Origin: Octopus sinensis
Taxonomy: Eukaryota
Reading direction: 5' to 3'
Length of the DNA: 64,000 bases
NCBI RefSeq assembly: GCF_006345805.1
Contig: NC_042999.1
Location: forward strand, 4,712,001 to 4,776,000
Shown here in pieces: positions 12,635 through 27,651 of this stretch. The number at the start of each line of letters is the position of its first letter. Position 1 is the stretch's first letter. A program made the translations under genes and the position numbers. The notes beneath the pieces are model-generated. The model saw only the letters and a list, made by a program, of their open reading frames with translations. It did not search any database and had not been told where the DNA came from.

Positions 12635-14089
12635 GTTTTAATTTAGATCACTTGGCGTTAGGAAGGGCATCCAGCTGTAGAAACACTGCCAGATCAGACT
12701 GGAGCCTGATGCAGCCTTCTGGCTTCCCAGATCCCCGGTCGAACCGTCCAACCCATGCTAGCATGGAGATCTGACGTTAAACGATGATGATGATTAAACA
12801 AAGTTATATCTTGGAACGTATGGCCTTAGTGGTTAGGGTGTTGGGCATGCGATCGCTAGATCATGGATTTGTGCTCTTGAGCAAAACACTTCATTTCATG
12901 TTGCTCCAGTCCACTCAGCTGTGAATGGGTGACCCTGTGATGGATTGGCTTTCTGATCAAGGGCAATGTTGGCCTGCTCACCTAACCAGCAAGATGGCAT
13001 CATTCAAAAGCTAAAACAGTGCAAGCGTGTTGTGGTTAGCAATGTATAGCAACATCCGATAGTCTGGTCAATTATGTAACCACATGACATCGAGTTATTT
13101 CACGCAAGGTAAAGATCTGACGTTAGTAAGAGGAGGAGGAGAAGATGAAGAAGGAGAAGAAAAGTATCATCTTTGATGACAATTAAGATGCATTTGTTTT
13201 TCCAAAAAATTGTCACCAAAAATTGCCCTGGATCCCGTATGCTAATTTGGGCCTATGTTATATGCTTTAAGCCAACCATATCCAGCCCAAATATTCAACT
13301 TGTTTTATGTTCAAACTGACCAGATCCGGCCATTCACACCTACCCTACAATGTCATTCTAAAAATAAACAATCACCTCATGAAATCTCAAAGCTGCAAGA
13401 TTAATTCAGAACACTTAGTGGACTAAATAAGCCTTACATTTGACAGTAATCTTAATGCTTAAGAGTTAATGCACGAAAAAGAAATTTCTCTGAATAAGCA
13501 CTGCTGAAGTAGGTGAATGTAATTATGTTTATGTACCATCAAATACAGAAGTTTATGAGTTGAAGAACCAGAAGGGTTAGTGTCCAAGGTAGACTACTCT
13601 CTTGCTGACTCGCACCCTGTTAACTCAGATCTTCTGCATTCCTTTGTTATCTTCGTGGCACTTGTGCCAGTGTGCAGGTGACACGTAAAAAAAAGAAACA
13701 CGATTTTCGTGACTGTTGCCAGTACCGCCTGACTGGCCCTCATGCCGGTGGCACGTAAAAGTACCCACTACACTCTCGGAGTGGTTGGCATTAGGAAGGG
13801 CATCCAGCTGTAGAAACTCTGCCAAATCAAGATTGGAGCCTGTGCAGGCATCTGATTCACCAGTCCTCAGTCAAATCGTCCAACCCATGCTAGCAAGGAA
13901 AGCGGACGTTAAACGATGATGATGATAATTCCTTATTCCCTCTATTTATGACCCACTTGAAGCCGCTTCTAAACACACACCTGTGCAAATGATGGCGTTT
14001 CACTCATTCATCTCCTTAAGTATTTAGCCTTGCCTGCATACAATCACAACCCTTAACAAATATGTGCAAACTCTGTAGAAGACACCTGC

Positions 14090-14094
14090 AATAT

Positions 14095-14159
<65 letters not shown>

Positions 14160-14336
14160 GTATATATATATGTATATATATATGTATATATATAGTATAT
14201 ATATAGTATATATATATGTATATATATATGTATATATATATGTATATATATATGTATTGTATATATATATGTATATGTTATATATATGTATATGTATATA
14301 TATATGTATATATATATGTATATGTATATATATATG

Positions 14337-14373
<37 letters not shown>

Positions 14374-14400
14374 CTATAATGTGTATATATAATATATATG

Positions 14401-14461
<61 letters not shown>

Positions 14462-14498
14462 GTATATGTATATTATATATATATATATTATGTATATA

Positions 14499-14563
<65 letters not shown>

Positions 14564-14779
14564 TATTAATATTATATATGTATATATATATTATATTATA
14601 TGTATATATATATATGTATATATATATATGTAATGTTATATATTATATTTATATATGTATATCTTGTATATATATATATGTATATGTATATATATGTATA
14701 TTATATATATAATGTATTCTATTATATATAGTAATGTATATATATTATATATAGATATATATGTATATTATATATAATG

Positions 14780-14844
<65 letters not shown>

Positions 14845-14994
14845 ATATATATATATATGTATTATATGTATATATATATATATATGTATATATATGTATA
14901 TATATATATATATGTATATATATGTATATATATATATAATATTTATATATATGTCTATATGTATATATTGTATATATATATATATATATGTCTA

Positions 14995-15036
<42 letters not shown>

Positions 15037-15076
15037 ATATATATATATATATATTATATATAGATTGTATATATAT

Positions 15077-15156
<80 letters not shown>

Positions 15157-15170
15157 TGTATATGTATATA

Positions 15171-15216
<46 letters not shown>

Positions 15217-15217
15217 A

Positions 15218-15267
<50 letters not shown>

Positions 15268-15273
15268 TATATG

Positions 15274-15338
<65 letters not shown>

Positions 15339-15421
15339 TAATATATATATGTTATATATATATATATATATATGTTATATATTATATATATGTATATATA
15401 TATATATATATATATGTAATA

Positions 15422-15452
<31 letters not shown>

Positions 15453-15560
15453 ATATATATATTATATATATATATATATTATATATATGTTATATATATA
15501 TATATATGTATATTATATATATATATATGTATATATATATAATATATATATGTATATATA

Positions 15561-15599
<39 letters not shown>

Positions 15600-15663
15600 T
15601 GTATATATATAATATATATATTAAGATATATGTATATATATATATATATATAATGTATATATA

Positions 15664-15694
<31 letters not shown>

Positions 15695-15699
15695 GTATG

Positions 15700-15755
<56 letters not shown>

Positions 15756-16215
15756 GATATATATGTATATATATATATATCTATATAAGTATATATGATA
15801 TATATATATATTATTGTATATAATATATATATGTATTATATATAATATGTATATATATATATGTGTGTATATATATATATGTGTATATATATGTGTATAT
15901 ATGTGTGTATATATATATATGTGTATATATATATATATTGTAATATATATATATGTGTGTATATATATATATGTGTATATATATATATATGGTATATATA
16001 TATATGTGTATATATATATAATGTGTATATATATATATATGGTGTAGATATATATAATGTGTATATATATATATATGTGATATATATATAGTGTATATTA
16101 TATATATGTGTAATATATATATATATGTTGTTATATAATATATGTGTATATATATAATATATGTGTATATATATATATATGTGTATATATATATATGGTG
16201 TATATTATATATGTG

Positions 16216-16246
<31 letters not shown>

Positions 16247-16281
16247 GTGTATATATATATATATGTGTATATATATATGTG

Positions 16282-16314
<33 letters not shown>

Positions 16315-16468
16315 GTATATATATATAATATGTATATATATATATATTGTATATATATAGTATTATGTAGATAATAATATATGTATATATATATATATGT
16401 TATATATATAGTATGTATATATATAATATATTTATATATATATATATGGTATATATATATAGAATATG

Positions 16469-16503
<35 letters not shown>

Positions 16504-17245
16504 GTATATATTATTTATTATATATATTATATGTATATATATTATATATATATGTATATATATATATATAGATGTATATATATATGTATATATATATGTA
16601 TATATATATGTATATATATATGTATATATTATATATGTAGATATATATAGGATATAAATATATGTATATATTATGTATATATATATATGTATTATATATA
16701 TGTATATTATATATGCTATATATATATGTATATATATATATGTATATATATGTATAGATATATATGTATGTATATATATGTATATATATATATGTATATA
16801 TATATATGTATATATATATATGTATATATATATATGTATATATTATATGTGTATATATATGTATATATATATGTGTATATATATGTGTATATATATAGTT
16901 ATATATATGTGTATATATATATGTGTATATATATATGTGTATATATATGTGTATATATATATGTGTATATATATGTGTATATATATATGTGTTATATATA
17001 TGTGTATATATATATGTATATATATATGTATATATATATGTATATATATATGTATATATATATGTATATATATATGTATATATATATGTATATATATATG
17101 TTATATATATATGTATATATATATTATAATATATTATATATATGTATATATATATATATGTATATAATATATGTATATATATTATATATGTATATATATA
17201 TATGTATATATATATATATTGTATATATATATGTATATGTATATA

Positions 17246-17284
<39 letters not shown>

Positions 17285-17481
17285 GAATATATATATATAT
17301 GTATATATATGTCTATATGTATATATATATATGTTATATATGTATATATATATATATGTATATATATATGTATATATATATATGTATAGATATATAATGT
17401 ATATATATATGTATATATATATGTATATATATATGTATATATATATATGTAGATATATATATGTAATATAGGTTATATATG

Positions 17482-17532
<51 letters not shown>

Positions 17533-17613
17533 GTATATATATATGTATAGTATATATATATATGTATTAATTATATATGGTATAATATTATATATATGTA
17601 TATATATATTAAG

Positions 17614-17665
<52 letters not shown>

Positions 17666-17703
17666 GTATATATATATTATATGTATATAGATATATATAT
17701 ATG

Positions 17704-17736
<33 letters not shown>

Positions 17737-17976
17737 GTATATATATATGTTATATATATATATATTATATATATATAATGTATATATATATATATATGTT
17801 ATAATATATGTATATATATATGTATATATATATTATGTATATATAATATGTATATATATATATGTATATATATATGTATATATATATGTATATATATATA
17901 TATGTTATATTATAATATGTATATATATATATGTATATATATTGTATTATATATATATATGTATATTATATATATG

Positions 17977-18007
<31 letters not shown>

Positions 18008-18526
18008 GTATATTATATATGTTATATATATATTATGTTATATATATATAATGTTAATATATATATGTATATATAATATGTATATATATATGTGTATATA
18101 TATATGTATATATATATATGTGTATATATATATGTGTATATATATATGTGTATATAATATATGTGTATATATATATATGTGTATATATATATGTGTATGT
18201 ATATATATATGTGTATATATATATATGTTGTATATATATATATGTATATATATATCTGTATATATATATATTGCATATTATATGTATATATATATATGTA
18301 TATATATATGTATATGTATATATATATATGTATATATATGTAATCATATAATAGTATATATATGTATATATATATATGTATATAATATATATATGTATAT
18401 CTATATGTATATATATGTTAATATGTATAATATATATGTATATATATATATGTAATTATATATATATGTGTGTATATATATATGTGTATATATATGTGTG
18501 TATATATATATGTGTATATATATATG

Positions 18527-18575
<49 letters not shown>

Positions 18576-18597
18576 GTATATGTATATATATATATAT
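14090..18597. repeat. ~4.5-kb imperfect (TA)n microsatellite with TATG and TGTG interruptions
   Basis: Almost exclusively T/A with periodic G and very few C on the + strand; source of the many YI/CI-repeat spurious ORFs. Confidence 0.97.
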
Positions 18598-18900
18598 CAT
18601 CATCATCAGCGTTTAACGTCTGCTTTCCATGCTAGGTCTGGTGAACCAGATGGTTGCACCAGGCTCCAGTCTGATCTGGCAGTGTTTCTACAGCTGGATG
18701 CCCTTCCTAATGCCAACCACTCCGAGAGTGTAGTGGGTGCTTTTACATGCCACTGGCACGAGGGCCAGTCAAGCGGTACTGGCAACAGCCATGCTCAAAG
18801 GGTGTTTTTTATGTGCCACCGACACAAGTGCCACTAAGGTGATGCTGGTAATGATCATGCTCGAATGGTGCTTTTTACATGCCACCAGCGAAGAAGCCAA
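18598..18900 (-). mobile_element. RTE 3'-tail copy; representative of roughly 25 truncated tails (e.g. ~10215-10620, 13700-13925, 21480-21835, 28600-29095, 35820-36020, 40170-40650, 43695-44400, 52200-52400, 59000-59260)
   Basis: Shared tail cactacactctcggagtggttggcgttaggaagggcatccagctgtagaaac...catgctagcatggaaa.cggacgttaaac(gat)n, matching the end of the 31141-34499 LINE; this copy has TA repeats on both sides. Confidence 0.9.
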
Positions 18901-20870
18901 TATAATATATATATATATATAATATATGTACATCCTGCAATGGTGTGTACATAGAGAAAGTTGCTTTGACTCATTGAACTGTTCCTAAACACAGTTTTCA
19001 CAACTTCAGAAAATATATCCATACACTGTGTTCTCTTGACTTAAGAACAACAGCCCTGTATGTTGCTTTTAAGGAAAATTATTGGGTGCAGGTCTGGCTG
19101 AGTGGTTAAGAAGTTTGCTTTGTGTTCATTTTACAAGAGGATGTCCTCATCGCCACTTTTATATCCTCCTATACATTGGATATACAGATTTCACAAAACA
19201 AGGATAGACACAACTGTCTTCACACAACGTACTTCAAATTACTCCACTAAACCCGATACTCCAATATATACAAACTCCCGACGATCTCAACGACTTCCTA
19301 CAACTGTTACAAACTCTCAACAACTCCTACCACTGTTCTCTCATCTCAACCAATATGTTACTCTCTATAAGAGTTCGGCTAGGCCATTCTTCCATTCGCA
19401 CAGGAGTGTCAATGACTCTTGCCACAACCATTCAGTACCACTGCAGGGCACCTGGGAAATAGAAACTGAAGGACGTTCATTGCATGTGTGTGTGAACATT
19501 GCATGATAGTTGTAAGTGTTGCTGTTATATAATTTGTGTCGTTCATTCCTAATATTCTGTAGAAAACAAGACAGTGAGTTGGCGGAACCATTAGCATGCC
19601 AGACAAAATGCTTACTGGCATTTTGTCCATCTTCACATTCTGAGTTCAAATTCGGATGAAGTCCACTTTGCCTTTCATCCTTTCAGGGTCAATAAAATAA
19701 AGTACCAGCTGAGTACTGGTGTCAATGTAATCAATTTACCCCTCCCCTCTTTGTACCAATACTCTTTGAAAAAGCTATCTGACCATTTGGAAATATTCCT
19801 TGCTTGGTAAAAGGCTAGAGTTGGTGACAGAAACACCATCCAACTGGATTTCTAGGGAGGTAGCTCTGATGGTTGGGGAGGAATTATAATGCACAGAGAG
19901 GCCCAAATACTCACACACACACATGTACATATATATAAACATGCACATATATAAGCACCCGATACACTCTCTGAGTGGTTGGCATTAGGAAGGGCATTCA
20001 GCCTGGTACAGACCCCCTACTTACCATCCAACCCTTGCCAGCATGGAAAGCAGACATTAAATGAGGTACAGATGTGGCTGTGTGGTAAGAAGCTTGCTTA
20101 CCAACCACATGGTTCTGGGTTCCATCCCAATTGCATGGCACCTTGGGCAAGTGTTTTCTACTATAGCCTCAGGCTGACCAAAGCCTGTAATATGTCTGTG
20201 TGTCTGTGTTGCCCCCCCCCCCCACCACTGCTTGACAACCGGTGTTGGTGTGTTTCTGTCCCCATAATTTAGTGATTAGGCAAAAGAAACTAATTGAATT
20301 ATTACCACATTTTACAAAGTAAAATAAGTTCTGGAGTCAATTCATTTGACAAAAGCATTCTGCAAGGTAGTGCCCCAGCATGGCCACAGTCTAATGACTG
20401 AAGCAAGTAAAAGATAAAAGGTGTATAAATTACTGGAGTTTATCTTAGCCTTTGCCATATTAGTCACCCACTGTGACTCCACCATTTTTAATTATTATCC
20501 AAACAACGATTTCTCTTCTTCAACACACCTTTGTGTTTTTAAACCGGCCATATCCGGCCAAAGTATTTAATCTGTTTTATGTTCAAACTGACCAGATCCA
20601 GGCCCTCACACCTACCCTACAATGTTATTCTATATTAAGTAATTACACCATCAAGATCTTGAAGATATGAGATAATGCATGATTAATTCAAATCAATGTG
20701 AATCAAAAAGCATTATGTTTGATAGAATAATCTGAACACTAAAGGGTTAACGATCAGGTGAAAAAAACTGATGCCACTTGAAACTGTTAAACCGTCTTCT
20801 ACAGTTTTCTTAGTTCTCCTTTTTTCTATCTTGTTATATTAACAAATCTTTTTCTTTTTTTTTTTGAAAG

Positions 20871-21027
20871 GTTTCCTGTGAAGAAGGCCATTGTGTGTGG
20901 TATGGAGTATGCGGTTCCGTTCATAATTTCCAGCCAACCAACTGTGTCTATAATGGACCAGCAAAGCCACTCTCTGACCCAAGTGCCTTGAAAATCTTGA
21001 AGGATTACTGCCCAACACTTTATAAAG
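20871..21027 (+). CDS. NPC1: NPC1 exon ([15 protein letters not shown]...YCPTLYK/G), start of N-terminal domain
   Basis: ttttgaaag|GTTTCC acceptor, AAAG|gtaaat donor; 157 nt, phase 0 in, phase 1 out. Confidence 0.93.
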
Positions 21028-22460
21028 GTAAATGTTTCACATTAATTATTTCTTGTGTCGTTAAGAAAGAAAACTATGATGAGTTTTTCTTTTAGAAGTT
21101 GATTAATTGCCAAAGTTTCCAAGAGATTTGACCCCCCCCCCCATGTATATGACTTTTATCTCACTTTTAGCTTTTACTTGTTTCAGTCATTAGACTGAGG
21201 CCATGCTGGGGCACCATCTTGAAGGATTCTAGTCAAACACTTTGACCCCAGGACTTACTTTTATGAAGCCTGGTGTTTATTTTATTGTCCCACCCACCCC
21301 TTGCCGAATCACTAGGTTACTGGGATGTGTACCTACCAACGCCAGTGGTCAAGTGGTAGTGGGGAGACAAACGCAAATACAAAGACATGCACACATGTTG
21401 GGCTTCTTTCAGTTTCCTTCTGCCAGATTCACTCACAAGGCTTTAGTCAGCCTAAGGCTATAGTAGAAGACGAGCGAGGTCGTTGCCAGTACCGCCTGAT
21501 TGCCCCCCCCCCTGCCGTGGCACGTAAAAAGACACCATTTGAGCGTGATCGTTACCAACGTCGCCTTACTGGCACCTGTGCCGGTGGCATGTGTAAAAGG
21601 ATTCGAGCGAGGTCATTGCCAGTACCACCTGACTGGCCCCCGTGCCGGTGGCACGTAAAAGCACCCATTACACTCTTGGAGTGGTTGGTATTAGGAAGGG
21701 CATCCAGCTGTAGAAACTCTGCCAGATCAAGATTGGAGCCTGGTGCAGCCATCTGGTTCACCAGTCCTCAGTCAAATCGTCCAACCCATGCTAGCATGGA
21801 AAGCGGGCGTTAAAACGATGATGATGGTGATGATGTGCACAAGGTGTCACACTGCAGCACTGAACCTGGAACCATATGGCTGAGAAGCAGACGTCTTACC
21901 ACACAGCCACGCCTGTGTGGATGTTTTTGTCTCCTTGTCTTGGCACCATGTGACAATCCTCAATGAGTGTCTCATTGTCATCTGGTCAAGGTTGCTCAGA
22001 CATTTTCACCCTTAGCATGCTATCCATCTCAGTCCTGTAATTGTCATTTTAGTAAATAAGTAAATAAATAAGTTGACATAATATAATGTCTAAAAGATGA
22101 TGAACCACCTATTGATCCCCTCCATTTTCTTATTGCTATACATATATATATATATATATGTGGAGGCGCAATGGCCTAGTGGTTAGGGCAGCGGACTCGC
22201 GGTCGCAGGATCACGGTTTCGATTCCCAGACCGGGCGTTGTGAGTGTTTATTGAGCGAAAACACCTAAAAGCTCCACGAGGCTCCAGCAGGGGGTGGTGA
22301 TCCCTGCTGTACTCTTTCACCACTCTTTCTCCCACTCTTTCTTCTGTTGGCCTGCTCGCTTAGCCAGCGGGGTGGCGTCATTTGAAGGCTAAAACAATGC
22401 GAACGCATTGTGACCAGCGATGTGTAACAACATCTGATGGTCTGGTCGGTCCCGTGATCC

Positions 22461-22501
<41 letters not shown>

Positions 22502-24397
22502 TATATGTCTATGTGTGTGTCTTTGTATCTGCATTTGTCCCAACTACCTCTGCCTGACAACCAGTGTTGGTTTGTTTTCATTCCTGTAACTTAGTAGTTC
22601 AGCAAAAAGTGACTGATAGAACAAGCACTAGACTTTAAAAAAAGTTCATAGTGATGGGTTGATTTTTTTTCAACTAAAACCCTTTTAGGTGACACCCCAC
22701 CCCTCAGTATGGTTGTGGTCCATCAACTGCAGCCAATAAAAGGGGATAAAACCTAAAAGATGTACCAGCAGCCAACATGTCTTTCCTTTTTATAAAGTTG
22801 CTTATGTAGGATTCTTTCTTCAAACGAATTGGTTGCTAATTCTATCTACTTAGAGCTACAGGTATACAAAATGTGATTACATTAGGTGCACGTGGAACAT
22901 AGTAACATACCTGGACTGCTGTGCATTATTCCAAACAATAAGCTGCTTCATGCTGGAGCACACAGTAGCCTTGTCTATTAGCTAGAAGTATTTCTTGACC
23001 ACTGCACCAGTGGATCATGGCTGGTCATTTGATCAGTTGTCTGTGTACTGTTATAGGTCTGATTGATCACAGTTGACCCAGGGTTAAACAACTTTGAACT
23101 GGAGGGAGTAAAACTAAATCACTTACCATTTCTGATATTCCATGACTCTTTTAAGACTCAATCTTTTACTTGTTTAAGTCCTTGGACTGCGGCTATCTTG
23201 AAGGGCACCATCTTGACGGTTTTAGTTGTATATAGATCTGTCCCAGTGCTCTTTTGTGATAGGGCATTGGAAAACCCATCGGATGTTGCTAAATAAACAG
23301 CTGAGAAAAACGGGGTCAAAGTCAATTCTGGATGTGCTTTTTTGGGGTTTTTTTTACATATCAGCTGTGGCAAACGAATCCAGTTTCAATTCCATGACTC
23401 CTATTCATTTTACGAGTGAGAAAAGGCTGAAGTTGTGAAAAGTTTTTAGTTCTCAGCACGACCTTCGAACTTTAGGGCTCACTGAGGAAATGACCAGCGA
23501 CCGAGACCTTTGGAAATATGCTGTGCGTGAGAAGACCAAGCAGGACAAGTGAGTCCAGCTCACTTATGCATGTCTTTCCTCCCTTGGAAACACAAAGACC
23601 TGTTGAGGCAAGCGAAGTCGAACGACAGGCAACCATGCCAACCCCTCTTTGCTTGCGAAGACCTGTTGGGGCAAGTGAAATCGGAATCGAAATTGAACCA
23701 ATCCTATGACTGGCACCAGGCAGTTGCCAGGACCCCTGGACTGGTGGCACATAAAAAGCACCCACTACACTCTAGGACTGAGTGGTGTTAGGGAGGGCAT
23801 CCAGCTGTAAAAACACTGCCAGATCAGACTGGAGCCTGGTGCAGCCTTCGGGCTTCCCAGATCCCCGGTCGAACCGTACAACCCATGCCAGCATGGAGAA
23901 CGGACGTTAAACGGTGATGATGATGATGATCAGCTGTGGCAAACGAATCCAGTTTCAATTCCATGACTCCTATTCATTTTATGAGTGAGAAAAGGCTGAA
24001 GTTGTGAAAAGTTTTCAGTTCTCAGATGCAGCTCAACATCAAACACCGTTTTCTCAAAAAAACCAATTTTCTGTGTCACATCTGCTTATCCAAGAAAAAT
24101 GGCATATCTCTGTCAAATATTAAGATATTTTAAAAATTTTAAGTGTTCTGAAATCTTTGAGTTATGCTCTTTCAGAATAGAATCACCATTTCAAATTTTT
24201 AACGATGTTAATGGTTTTCCCCCTGCACCATCACATTTTTTGAATGTCTGGCACTTATTCTACCAGTGTCTTTTATGAACCACTGAGGTATGAGGACATA
24301 AACACCAATACCAGTTGCGAAATGGTGGTGGTGGGATGAAAGAGACACAATGAGACACTCATAAATGCACATCTCTCTCTCTCTCTCTCTCTCTCTT

Positions 24398-24428
<31 letters not shown>

Positions 24429-24457
24429 GTGTATCTATCTATCTATCTATCTGTCTA

Positions 24458-24524
<67 letters not shown>

Positions 24525-27055
24525 GTCTGTCTCTCTATCTCCCCCCTCTCCCTGGTGTTAGGAAGGGCATCCAGCTGTAGAAACTCTGCCAGATCAGACT
24601 GGAGCCTGGTGCAGCTGCTGGCTCTCCAGACCGCAGTCAAACCATCCAACGTATGCCAGCATGGAAAACAGATGTTAAACGATGATGATGATACACCCCC
24701 CTCCCATATATATATGTGTGTGTGTGTCTTATTTATCATCACCATCATTTTAATATCCGTTTTCCATGCTGGCATCACAAAACAGGATGAAAACAAACTC
24801 AATGCTGGTTTGTTTTCGTCTGTTTCAGGATATCATTACATCAGTTCTCTCCCGTCTCTGACCATCTCTCACTTCTACAACCTACATTCTCTCCCCATAA
24901 ACTTACCCACACTTCCTGTCCTCCAGCCCCCCTCACTTCCACTATTTTTATCTCATCCTGGCACCACCCTCCTCACTCCCATTCTCCCCTCTATAATGTA
25001 AGTAGCCAAATATCTCCCATACAACAAGAAACTCGTTCCATTCTGGCCCCTTATTTCACATTCTAACCCCTCATTTCCTTGCATAAAGCCTCTCTACTGT
25101 AGCCCCACTCAGTTGAAGAGGATCTTAATCTTGTAGGTTGCATGGTGACCTCATAAATGCTGGTGCCACAAAAGAAACACCCAGTGCACAGTGTAAATTG
25201 TTTGGCATTTGGAAGGGCCTCCAGCCATTGGCCTGGTTCCTACAGCTGCATATTCCTTGAACTGTCAGAGATTCTCAGATAACTGGTCACAGAATTATGG
25301 ATTTATCTCTATTACAAACAAAATACAATGCTCTGCCACCCTTGGTATCCCTACCCAGAGAACAAATAATCACTGACAGTCTAGCACAGTGGTTCTCAAC
25401 TGATGTCCACATGACCTTTCGGGGTCCGTATACGATTTTATTGTTAAAATTTATCTGCAATAAACTGTTTATATGGTAAATTTTGATCCTTTCACCCGCA
25501 CGATTTTCACTAAGAAAATTTTTTAAAAACTCAGATTTTTGTTCGGAGTGTTTGGCGTTAGGAAAGGCATCCAACCATAGAAACCTTGCCAAATTAGATG
25601 AAGCCTGGCACAACCCCCACCCCAACAATTTACCAGTTTTCAATCAAACCTATTTCTTTATTACCCACAAGGGGCTAAACATAGAGGGGACAAACAAGGA
25701 CAGACATAGGTATTAAGTCGATTACATCGACTCCAGTGCATAACTGGTACTTAATTTATCGACCCCAAGAGGATGAAAGGTAAAGTCGACCTCAGCGGAA
25801 TTTGAACTCACAACGTAACGGCAGACGAAATACTGCTAAGCATTTTGCCCGGCGTGCCAACGTTTCTGCTAGCTCACTGCCTTTAAGTTTTCAATCAAAC
25901 CGTCCAACCCATACCAGCATGGAAAGTGGCCATTAAATGATGATGATGAATGATGATACTTATAGGTGCTCACCCGAGTAAACTAGGAATCAAAGGGGTC
26001 CATATGGTTGTAATAATAGCATGAGAAAGCAAAATGCTTTCAATTCTGTCAGTATACAAGCTGCCCCCACAAAAACCTTCTGTGATTAAAATGGCCTGCG
26101 ATGTAATTCAAGTTGGCCAAGTTTGGTCTAAATAGATTGATCTGTAATGATCCACTTCATGCTAAAAGAATCTCAATTAAGCATCTTTTCTGCTCTAGGC
26201 ACAAGGCCTAAAATTTTGGTGGAGGGGGCCAGTCAACTGGTACTTAATTTATCAACCCTGAAAAGATGAAAGGCAAAGTTGCCCTCGGCAGAATTTGAAC
26301 TCAGAACGTAGCGGCAGACGAAATACCTATTTCTATTTCTTTACTACCCACAAGGGGCTAAACACAGAGAGGATAAACAAGGACAGACAAACGGATTAAG
26401 TCGATTATGTTGACCCCAGTGCGTAACTGGTATTTATTTAATCGACTCCGAAAGGATGAAAGGCAAAGTCGACCTCGGCAGAATTTGAACTCAGAACGTA
26501 AAGACAGACGAAATGCCGCTAAGCATTTCGCCCAACATGCTAACGTTTCTGCCAACTCACCACCTCAATTAAGCATCTGCTGGTTTTGGTAGTAACTTAC
26601 AGATTGTGTAAGAATGTCAGCTTATGATCGTGTAACTCAGCTAGCTCTTCTAAGGCAACTGTATGCGATTCCTAAAATTTGAGTTGACCTCTCCTAGAGT
26701 TCGGTAGTTTCTTTTCTTTTCTTTAGCTTATCATTTATAAACTAGCTCACCCCATGATGTCTAATTGTAGTATTTTGTATATTGGCGTAGGAGTGGCTGT
26801 GTGGTAAGTAGCTTGCTTACCAACCACATGGTTCCGGGTTCAGTCCCGCTGCGTGGCACCTTGGGCAAGTGTCTTCTACTGTAGCTTCGGGCCGACCAAA
26901 GCTTTGTGAGTGGATTTGGTAGACGGAAACTGAAAGAAACCAGCCGTATATATGTGTATATATAACGGGAAGCTTTATGAAAATAGACAAAAGACGAAGG
27001 CAGGTGGAAAACAAACAAACAATTGTATTAGTATGGCGCTCAGGAAATATAAATA

Positions 27056-27095
<40 letters not shown>

Positions 27096-27620
27096 ATGTA
27101 TGTGTATATGTTTGTATGTCTATGTTTGTCCCCCCCAACATCGCTTGACAACTGATGGTGTGTTTACATCACCGTAACTTAGCAATTTGGCAAAAGAGAC
27201 CGATAGAATAAGTACTAGGCTTACAAAGAATAAGTCCTGGGGTCGATTTGCTCAACTAAAGGTAATGCTCCAGCATGGCCACAGTCACATGACTGAAAGA
27301 AGTAAAAAAGTAAAAGAGTATATAAATAAGGTACAAAATAATCACAAACTTCCCTTGTACATGCATACACACATATACTCACACAGAGTTGAAACGCTGT
27401 TTGATTTTTCTTTTCAACATTGAATGTTCACCATCCCACTTCCATTGCACACACACACACATTCACATAACTCCCTTTTATATACACATATATATACTTC
27501 CCCATGGCCAGTCATGTCTTTCACAGAAGACTAGAAACGAACATCATCACTTGTGGGGTGACAGTCATGTTCTTTTACAACCATCACATGATGACATGAC
27601 AAAGGTACACACACTCTCTA

Positions 27621-27651
<31 letters not shown>

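Noticed and set aside
14146-18837. Dozens of 60-199 aa ORFs rich in Y/I/M/C/V (also ~54758-55284)
   Set aside because: They are translations of the (TA)n microsatellite, which lacks stops in several frames; no coding signal
22162-22240. tRNA gene candidate (A and B boxes)
   Set aside because: The tRNA-like head continues into a SINE body with relatives elsewhere in the window; no clean acceptor stem. The same applies to family A and B heads
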